Assembly (NCBI RefSeq): GCF_004010195.1
Contig: NW_025215381.1
Span: forward strand, 1,652,873-1,698,198
Direction of reading: 5' to 3'
From: Chiloscyllium plagiosum
Taxonomy: Eukaryota
Length of the DNA stretch: 45,326 nucleotides
Positions 37,195 to 45,326 of the stretch are shown one piece after another. Below the pieces are notes generated by a model. That model worked only from the letters and a program-made list of their open reading frames with translations. It did not search any database and was not told the origin of the DNA. Numbering within the stretch: the first letter of the stretch is position 1; each line of letters begins with the position of its first letter. A program made the position numbers and the translations under genes.

Positions 37195-37540
37195 GAAAGT
37201 GTGCCCAGAGGCCAGACCAATGTACAGGGAACATTGGTTTAAAACCCACTACTGCAATGTGAATTTAATACATTCTGGAATTTAAAAAATATATTCTAAC
37301 GCTAACTTATGAAGCTGCTGTCAATTGCTATTTTTTTTAAAAACTCCATCTGGTTCACTAATGACCTTCAAGGGAGGAAATGTCATCCTTACGTGGTCAG
37401 GGCCTACATGTGACTCCAGACCCACAACAATGTGGTTGACTCTTAACTGCTGAGCAAGCCCCTCAGTTGAAGGGCAGTAAGGGACAGGCAGTAAAAACAC
37501 CAGCCCTTGGTAGTGATGCTGCATCCTATGAACAAAAAGA
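37195..37540 (+). mobile_element. Ancient SINE family copy
   Basis: ccatctggttcactaatgaccttcaagggaggaaatgtcatccttacgtggtcagggcctacatgtgactccagacccacaacaatgtggttgactcttaactgc. Confidence 0.75.
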
Positions 37541-37579
37541 GAGAATCCCTGTGACATTAGGGTCATTACAGACCCCTTT

Positions 37580-38303
37580 TATAGAACATTTCAGCGCAGT
37601 ACAGGCCATTCAGCCCTGTGTAACCAGTCCGAAGCCATCTAATATATACTATTCCATTCTTGTTCATGTCCCTAGCCTGTGTCTCTTTAAAATTGGGGAG
37701 TCTCCTACTGTTGCAGGCAGTGTTTTCCATGCCCCTATTACTGAGTAAAGAGACTACCTCTGACATCTGTGCTATATCTATCACCCCTCAATTTAAAGCT
37801 ATGTCCCCTCATGCTAGCCATCACCATCCAAGGAAAAGGGCTCTCACTGTCCACCCTATCTAACCCTCTGATTATCTTATATGTCTCTATTGAGTCACCT
37901 CTCAACCTTCTTCTCTCTAACGAAAACTGCTTCAAGTCCCTCAGCCTTTCCTCCATACCAGGCAACATCCTAGTAAATCTCCTCTGAACCCTTTCCAAAG
38001 CTTCCACATCCTTCCTATAATGTGGTGACCAGAACTGCATGCAATACTCCAAGTGCGGCCGCACCAGAGTTTTGTACAGCTGCAGCATGAATCTCATGAT
38101 TCCGAAACTTAATCCCTCTCCCAATAAAAGCGAACACACCGTATGCCTCCTTAACAACCCTGTCAACCTGGGTGGCAACTTTCAGGGATCTATGTACATG
38201 GATACCGAGATCTCCCTGCTCATCCACACTACCAAGAATCTTACCATTGGCCCAGTACTCTGCATTCCTGTTCCTCCTTCCAAAGTGAATCACCTCACAC
38301 TTT
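37580..38303 (-). mobile_element. CR1/HER1-like LINE 3' part (minus)
   Basis: Minus ORF LYKTLVRPHLEYCMQFWSPHYRKDVEALERVQRRFTRML...RLRGDSIETYKI. Confidence 0.95.
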
Positions 38304-39063
38304 TCAAAAAGGGGTTGTCATACAAATTGGACTGGAGGCTCCAGGAATCAAATAGTTGATCTTAAGAACAGCAATTAAACTGGCTGGAGTACATTTTAAA
38401 ATTCATTTTTCGTGTTTTAAAAAAAGTTACCATTATTTTGTGGATGTAAATTCCGGGAGCCAAGTGACATTCAATGCAGCAAGGGCTGAGGAACATTAAA
38501 AGAAAATATAAAATAGGCAATTCTAAACGGGTGTAGGAACAGAGGGACCTGGGTGTATATGTGCTCAAATCATGAAAGGTGGTGAGATGGTCGATGGAGG
38601 GTGGAGTTAATAAAGCGTATAGTATCCTCAGCTTTATTAATAGGAGCATATATAGTACAAGAGCAAGGAGGTGCTGTTGAAGAAACATGTGACACCCCAG
38701 CTGGAATGTTTTGTACAGTTACATGTGCCACCTTAGAGGAAGGGTGTGAATGCATTGGCGAGAATGGAGAAGCGATTCACAGGAATAAGAAACTTCAGTG
38801 AAGAGGTTGGGGCTGTTCTTGGCAAGAAGAAGGCTGAGAGGGTCACGAGTGGGCTGGATACTGGAGATTGGGAGAAGCTGTTCTCGTTTGTAAAAGAATT
38901 AGAGAGGCGTAGATTTAAAGTGATGTGCAAATGAGGTGAGGAAAATCTCTTCTCGTGCACCGAGTAGTGCCTGGAAATGTGATGGAGGCTGGTTCAACTG
39001 AGGCATTCAAGAGGGCATCGGAGGATTAGTTGGTGTGCAGGGATATGGGGAAAGGACTGGAGA

Positions 39064-39104
39064 CATTCCTGATGAAGGGCTCCAGCCCGAAACGTCGACT
39101 CTCC
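39064..39104 (+). ncRNA. Minimal type I hammerhead ribozyme motif, intact core
   Basis: CTGATGA at 39069-39075, stem II GGGC-TCCA-GCCC, GAAA at 39089-39092, CGTC at 39093-39096. Confidence 0.8.
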
Positions 39105-39190
39105 TGCTCCTCGGATGCTGCCTGACCTGCTGCGCTTTTCCAGCACCATAACTTTTTGACTCTGACCTCCAGTCCTCACTTTCTCTCTCC
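39065..39190 (+). mobile_element. Solo PLE terminal repeat (family A), ~125 bp
   Basis: Matches 18955-19080 and the arms of the fold-back elements. Confidence 0.88.
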
Positions 39191-39504
39191 ACGAGGTAAT
39201 ACTGCTCGCTTGAACAGCCAGTGCGGGTACAATGCACCGAATGACCTCCAGTTGCACCATAGCAATTCTGTGAAATGTATTAGGGGTTTATAGTGAGGTC
39301 CCAGTTGTGGGGGTAGGCTGTGCAAATACCCTGGTCTGTCCTGACCCCGTTGAGGAAGGACTACTCTCATCATGGCCCTTTGAAGCCTGCCATTTGACAA
39401 ATAAGGGATTGTCGCACTTCCTGTATTCCCCACTCCATAATGCAATGAATACAAAGAACGAGGGATACAAAAAGCAGGCAAAGTGATGGCCGAGCGGTAT
39501 TATT

Positions 39505-39947
39505 GGGCGGCACGGTAGCTCAGTGGTCAGCACTGCTGCCTCACAGCACCAGGATCCCAGGTACATAGAACATTACAGCGCTGTACAGGCCCTTCGGCCA
39601 TCGATGTTGCGCCGACCAGTCATACCAATCTGAAGCCCATCTAACCTACACTATTCCACGTATGTCCATATGCTTGTCCAATGACGACTTAAATGTACTT
39701 AAAGTTCCAGCCTCAGGTGACTGGAGTGGAGTCTATGTGGAGTTTGCACATTCTCCCCATGTCTGCGTTGGTTTGCTTCAGTTTCCTCCCACAATCCAAA
39801 GATGTGCATTGGCCATGCTAAATTGCCCGTAGCGTTCGGTGCATTAGCCAAAGGGAAATGGGCCTGGGTGGGTTATTCTTCAGAGGGTCGGTGTGGACTT
39901 GTTGGGCCGATGGCCCTGTTTCCACACTGTGGAGGAATCTAATCTAA
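39505..39947 (+). mobile_element. HE1-type SINE interrupted by a minus CR1 3' tail (about 39563-39705)
   Basis: gggcggcacggtagctcagtgg head, inserted acatagaacattacagcgctgtacagg..., SINE resumes at ccagcctcaggtgactg and ends aatctaatctaa. Confidence 0.9.
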
Positions 39948-40239
39948 CGTAGCCTGAGAAATCTAGCTCAGGGAGAGTTATTCCATATGTAGGGGGGAGG
40001 GGGAGGAGTGCAAAGGTAAAGGGTGCGGGAAATTGAGATGACTGGGTTTGGACCAGCTCATGGGATTTTTTTTTATATATCAGTCAGCCATGAGTAGGGG
40101 TGCAATGTTTGGGAAGTATTGGAGGGAGACAAGAGGTTTGGCTAGACATGTCAGGAAGAGGCAAGTTGGCTTTCATTGGCAGGAGAATGTTGGGGCTGGT
40201 TGATCAATGACAGGGCGAATGAGTCAAAGCTAATATGGG

Positions 40240-41455
40240 GTATGGTAGGAGAGCCCTGTACAGAGAGATTGGTTTGATCCGGCCTGTAGTCATTAGCGTT
40301 TAGAAGGATGAGAGGGGATCTGATTGAAACATATAAAATTCTTACATGGTTAGAGAGACAGATGCTTCTCCTGGGTGGAGGGTCTAGAACCAGTCTCCTG
40401 ATATAGGGTAAACCATTTAAGTTTGAGATGAGGAAACATTTCTTCAGGCAGATGGTGGTCAAGCTGTACATTTCTGTACCTTTAAAGGCCAAATCACTGG
40501 GGTGGCTCAGTGGTTAGCATTGCTGCCTCACAGCATCAAGGACCTAGGTTCGATTCCGCCCTCAACCGACTGCATGGCATTTGCACATTCTTGTCTGCGT
40601 GGGTTTCCTCCGGTTTCTCCCCGCAGTCCAAAGATGTGAGGGTTAGGTTGGATTGTCCAGGGATGTGTAGGCTAGGTGGGTTAGCCATGGGAAATGTAAA
40701 AGTAGGGGGCGGTTGGGATGTTCTTCAATGGGCTGAATGGCCTGCTTCCACACTCTAGGAATTCTATGCAACATTCAAGAAAGCTTAGATTTTGAAGGCA
40801 GCGAGGGATGCACAGAGAAGGCTGGAACATGGCGTGAGATAGAGGATGGGCNNNNNNNNNNNNNNNNNNNNNNNNNNNNNNNNNNNNNNNNNNNNNNNNN
40901 NNNNNNNNNNNNNNNNNNNNNNNNNNNNNNNNNNNNNNNNNNNNNNNNNNNNNNNNNNNNNNNNNNNNNNNNNNNNNNNNNNNNNNNNNNNNNNNNNNNN
41001 NNNNNNNNNNNNNNNNNNNNNNNNNNNNNNNNNNNNNNNNNNNNNNNNNNNNNNNNNNNNNNNNNNNNNNNNNNNNNNNNNNNNNNNNNNNNNNNNNNNN
41101 NNNNNNNNNNNNNNNNNNNNNNNNNNNNNNNNNNNNNNNNNNNNNNNNNNNNNNNNNNNNNNNNNNNNNNNNNNNNNNNNNNNNNNNNNNNNNNNNNNNN
41201 NNNNNNNNNNNNNNNNNNNNNNNNNNNNNNNNNNNNNNNNNNNNNNNNNNNNNNNNNNNNNNNNNNNNNNNNNNNNNNNNNNNNNNNNNNNNNNNNNNNN
41301 NNNNNNNNNNNNNNNNNNNNNNNNNNNNNNNNNNNNNNNNNNNNNNNNNNNCTGTAGGGAATCTAATCTAATCTTACATGGATCATCCATGATCTCATTG
41401 AATGGTGGAACAGGCTTGAAGGGCTGAATGGCCTCATGCTGTTCCTATGTTCCAG
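40240..41455 (+). mobile_element. Old CR1 3' fragment with an inserted SINE (about 40500-40770) and a SINE tail after the gap
   Basis: agaaggatgagaggggatctgattgaaacatataaaattct; gtggctcagtggttagc...ggttcgattcc; ctgtagggaatctaatctaatct; gggctgaatggcctcatgctgttcctatgttc. Confidence 0.8.
40852..41351. other. Assembly gap (500 N)
   Basis: Run of N. Confidence 1.
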
Positions 41456-41494
41456 AGATGGTATGTCATACCACTACCCAGGTTAGCTTTTCTC

Positions 41495-42162
41495 GCATCG
41501 CCAAGTCATCCATTAACTCACCATCGCCAAAACACCCATTATTCACCATCGCCAAAACACCCATTATCCCACCATCGCCAAAACACCCATTATCCCACCA
41601 TCACCAAAACACCCATTATTCACCATCGCCAAAACACCCATTATCCCACCATCGCCAAAACACCCATTATCCCACCATTGCCAAAACGCCCATTATAAAA
41701 CACCCATTATTCACCATTGCCAAAACATCCATTATCCCACCATCGCCAAAACACCCATTATTCACCATTGCCAAAACATCCATTATCCCACCATCGCCAA
41801 AACACCCATTATTCACCATTGCCAAAACATCCATTATCCCACCATCGCCAAAATACCTATTATTCGCCATCGCCAAAACACCCACTATCGCCAAAACACC
41901 CATTATCCCACTATCGCCAAAACACCCATTATTCACCATCGACAAAACACCCATTCTCCTACCACTGCCAAAACACCCATTATCCCACCATCGCCAAAAT
42001 GCCCATTCTCCCACCATCGCCAAATCACCCATTATTCCACCATCGCCAAAACACCCATTATCCCACCGTCGCCAAATCACCCATTCTCCCACCATCGCCA
42101 AATCACCCATTATCCCACCATCGCCAAATCACCCATTATCCCACCATCGCCAAAACGCCCAC
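41495..42162. repeat. Minisatellite, ~25-26-bp unit (C)CCACCATCGCCAAAACACCCATTAT(T), roughly 25 copies
   Basis: Direct tandem repeats, often alternating attattcacc and attatcccacc variants. Confidence 0.97.
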
Positions 42163-42214
42163 GTTCTCAATTAATGAAATGACCTGCAACATCGAGCAAG
42201 GGCACTGAAGACTG

Positions 42215-42755
42215 ATGGATGGTCAAATCGGGCTCAGTCAGCATGGCATTCCAAAGGGCAGGACATGTCTGACAAATCTGTTTGAATTTTTCCCAGGGCG
42301 GAGATGTCTATCACGAGGAGGTATAATTTTAATGTGATTGGAGACAGGTTTAGGGAAGAGGTCAGAGGTAGGTTCTTTACTCAGGGATTGGTGGGTGTAT
42401 GGAATGCATTGCCAGCGGTGGGAGTAGAGTCAGAGACATGAGGGACATTTAAGCGACTCTTGGATAGGCACATGGATGATAGGACAATGAAGGGTATGTA
42501 GGTTAGTCTAATCTTAGAGTAGGATAGAAGGCCGGTACAACATTGAGGGCTGAAGGGCCTGTGCTGTGCTGTACTTTTCTATGTTCTAATTCTTTGAGGA
42601 TGTAACAAGCAAGTTAAACAAAGGAGATCTAGTGGATGTGATCTATATGGATTTGCAGAAGGCCTTTGGCAGACAGGAAGCTGCTCAATAAGTTTTAATT
42701 GTGTTAAGGATTGAAAACTGATGCAAAGTATCTATTTATTCCCCCCATCATTTCT
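42215..42755 (+). mobile_element. Old CR1 RT fragment with a nested CR1 3' end (about 42300-42588)
   Basis: cagcatggc...tgtctgacaaatctgtttgaattt continues after the insert as ttctttgaggatgtaac...atggatttgcagaaggcctttg. Confidence 0.75.
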
Positions 42756-42756
42756 T

Positions 42757-43660
42757 TGTTGGATACAGAACTGGCTCAAAGGTGGAAGACAGAGGGTGGT
42801 GGTGGAAGGTTGTTTTTCAGACTGGAGGCCTGTGACCAGTGGAGTGCCACAAGGATCGGTGCTGGGTCCTCTACCTTTTGTCATTTACATAAATGATTTG
42901 GATGTGAGCATAAGAGGTACAGTTGGTAAGTTTGCCGATGACACCAAAATTGGAGGTGTAGTGGACAGTGAAGAGGGTTACCTCAGATTACAACAGGATC
43001 TGGAAATTATGAGGGGCATGGATAGGATAAATAGACAAAGTCTAGATTAGAGTGGTGCTGGAAAAGCACAGCAGTTCAGGCAGCTTCCGAGGAACAGGAA
43101 AATTGACATTTCGGGCAAAAGCACTTCATCAGGAATACAGGCAGAGAGCCTGAAGGGTGGAGAGATAAGTGAGAGGAGCTCTCTGCCTGTATTCCTGATG
43201 AAGGGCTTTTGCCCGAAATGTCGATTTTCCTGCTCCTCGGATGCTGCCTGACCTGCTGTGCTTTTCCAGCACCACTCTAATCTAGACTCTGGTTTCCAGC
43301 ATCTGCAGTCATGATTTTTACCTAAACAGACAAAGTATTTTCCTTGGTGTAGGGGAGTCCAGAACTAGAGGGCACAGGTGTAGGGTGAGACGGGAAAGAT
43401 ATAAAAGAGACCTGAGGGGCAACTTTTTCACGCAGAGAGTGGTACGTGTATGGAATGAGCTGCCAGAGGATGTGGTGGTGGCTGGTACAATTGCAACATT
43501 TAAGAGGCATTTGGATGGGTATATGAATAGGAAGGGTTTGGAGGGATATGGGCCGGGTGCTGGCAGGTGGGATTAGATTGGGTTGGGATATCTGGTCGGC
43601 ATGGACGGGTTGGACCGAAGGGTCTGTTTCCATGCTGTACATCTCTATGACTATGACTAC
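42757..43660 (+). mobile_element. CR1/HER1-like LINE, internally deleted near 43003 and interrupted by a PLE fold-back
   Basis: [29 protein letters not shown] joined directly to IMRGMDRINRQSL; resumes at 43323 through VWNELP and a (CTATGA)n tail. Confidence 0.93.
43042..43322 (+). mobile_element. PLE-derived fold-back element (family A) with 14-bp TSD
   Basis: TAAA(T/C)AGACAAAGT at 43028-43041 and 43323-43336. Arms at about 43039-43149 and 43178-43288. Hammerhead motif CTGATGA at 43195-43201 and GAAATGTC at 43215-43222. Confidence 0.92.
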
Positions 43661-43857
43661 TTCTCCAGATTCATTTTCCCACAGTCCAATGGCCACTCAC
43701 CTCTCTCTTTCTTACCCTTTAGACATCTCAACAAACTCTTGCAATGTTGTTCCACATTCCTTGTTAGCTGACTATCAGAGTTCATTTTTCTTTCCCCACT
43801 TACTCCTATTTTAGTTAGCGTTTGCTGTTCTCTCAGACTTCCCATTAATCAGGGAGC

Positions 43858-44120
43858 TGATGGACTGTTAATCCAGAGTGCCAGGCCATGATCTGGGGAC
43901 CCGCATTCAAATCCCTTCACGGCAGCAAGTGGAATTTGAATGTAATTAAACAACTCTAATCTTGGCTGTTGTCGATTGTTGGAAAAACCCCATCTCGCCC
44001 ACTCATGTCGTTCAGGATAGAAACCTGCCACTTTTACCCAGTCTGGCCTACACATGAGTGCAGACCGACAGCAGTTGCCCTCTGGGGCAATTAGTGACGG
44101 CCAATAAGTGCTGGCCTATT
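43858..44120 (+). mobile_element. Ancient SINE family copy
   Basis: tggactgttaatccagag...cattcaaatccc...gtcgattgttggaaaaaccccatct...gtctggcctacacatgagtgcagacc. Confidence 0.7.
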
Positions 44121-44575
44121 ACATCTGATTCCAGGTTCTCCCTCTCAAACGAGAGGGTGACTTCTATCAGGAAGCTGGGTACTGCAGATGTTGGAGATTA
44201 GAGTCAAGATTAGAGTGGTGCTGGAAAAGCACAGCAGGTCAGGCAGCATCCGAGGAGCATTCATGCGGAAGGACTTTTGCCCGTCTTCCTGATAGTTTGA
44301 GAGGGAGAACCTGGAATCAGATGTGATGCTCCTTCATCAGGTGGTTGTGATGATGAAGGAGCAGCGCTCCGAAAGCTAGTGCTTCCAATTAAACCTGTTG
44401 TAGCTTTGTACACCCCAGTCCAACACCGGCACCTCCAAATTATGGCTGACTTGTGAAGTCAGAACACACATAAAAACACAAGAGAAACATACAATGTGGT
44501 GGAAATGTTTTAAATTTCCCTGCTCCTCGGATGCTGCCTGACCTGCTGTGCTTTTCCAGCACCACTCTAATCTGG
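44121..44575. mobile_element. Composite of PLE terminal repeats (families A and C) with inverted duplications
   Basis: Family A minus arm at about 44178-44283 and plus arm at about 44514-44573; family C at about 44325-44440 with TGATGAAGGAGC-AGC-GCTCCGAAAGCTAG. Confidence 0.75.
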
Positions 44576-44951
44576 GCGATTCTATCATACGGTGGTCAGT
44601 GCCCTCCATGGGTTTGTGCATCTTAAACTCCCTCATCAAGTCGGCCTTTCTACACCATCACCAAATCCCGACAGTAAATCTTTTGAGCATTTTTAAAAAT
44701 GGAGGTGGGGTTTTTGTTTTGTGTGAAATGTCCCCAGGCCGAATTTGTTTTGTTTTGTAATTATCCATGTTGAAATTTCCCTATTAAAAGAAATCTATAT
44801 TTCGAGCTGAGGGTCAGTCAGTGCCAGAAATGTTTTGGACAGATGCCTATAAGTAAACACAAATAATACAGATGAGTGATTTAACTAAATTGCCACCAGT
44901 GAGCAAAGTTAATAAATGTTACGTGGCTGTCAGTAACCTGTCTTTTTTACA

Positions 44952-45326
44952 GGTTAGCACTGTTGCCTCACAGCGCCAGAGACCCGGGTTCAATTCCCGC
45001 CTCAGGCGACTGACTGTGTGGAGTTTGCACATTCTCCCCGTGTCTGCGTGGGTTTCCCCCGGGTGCTCCGGTTTCCTCGCACAGTCCAAAGATGGTCAGG
45101 TCAGGTGAATTGGCCATGGGAAATTACCCCATAGTGTTCAGGGATGTGTAGGTTAGAGTGGATTGGCCATGCTAAATTGTCACATAGTGTTCAGGGACGT
45201 GTAGGTTAGGGTGGATTGGCCATGCTAAATTGCCCCATAGTGTTCAGGGATGTGTAGGTTAGGGTGAATTGGCCATGGGAAATTGCCCCATAGTGTTCAG
45301 GGATGTGTAGGTTAGGGTGGATTGGC
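44952..45326 (+). mobile_element. 5'-truncated HE1-type SINE running into a ~52-bp tandem array to the window end
   Basis: Near-identical to 9690-9860, then repeats of ATTGGCCATG(C/G)(T/G)AAATTGCCCCATAGTGTTCAGGGATGTGTAGGTTAGGGTGG from about 45109. Confidence 0.93.

Larger units (their letters stand above)
38450..39272 (+). mobile_element. Decayed CR1 3' part (+), interrupted by a PLE terminal repeat
   Basis: gaacagagggacctgggtgtatatgtgc, gaagcgattcacaggaat, gaggcattcaagagggcat; tail ccgaatgacctcc...aattctgtga. Confidence 0.78.

Noticed and set aside
41428..42208. SPKH-repeat ORFs as a protein, or the array as CRISPR
   Set aside because: Pure tandem repeat with no unique spacers, no cas genes and a eukaryotic context.
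44935..44955. Acceptor-like tcttttttacAG at the SINE 5' end (exonisation)
   Set aside because: It lies beyond the inferred gene end with no partner donor or open frame.

Overview
Repeat-rich vertebrate genomic DNA with three assembly gaps. It is almost certainly a shark or other elasmobranch, inferred from HE1-type tRNA SINEs with (AATCT)n tails and abundant CR1/HER1-like LINEs. The window holds one complete protein-coding gene on the + strand, NYAP1 (neuronal tyrosine-phosphorylated PI3K adapter 1). I reconstruct it as six coding exons with phase-compatible GT-AG junctions: 6718-6917, 12018-12316, 12840-14180, 21928-22089, 23746-23855 and 29641-29871 (2343 nt, 780 aa). The protein has a NYAP2-like N-terminal extension ahead of the Met that, as I recall, starts human NYAP1. 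The rest is CR1, Rex1/Babar and Penelope-like (PLE) retroelement fragments, several SINE families and minisatellites. The most notable non-coding signal is about ten minimal type I hammerhead ribozyme motifs (CTGAnGA...GAAA-[C]GTC) of three sequence families. They sit in PLE terminal repeats, many within short fold-back insertions bounded by target-site duplications, and several are in sense orientation in NYAP1 introns or its probable 3' UTR. The PLE-hammerhead association is known in general; whether these shark families or their effect on this gene are described cannot be told from the sequence. Repeat family names and protein comparisons are from recall, not database searches, and old repeat boundaries are approximate.
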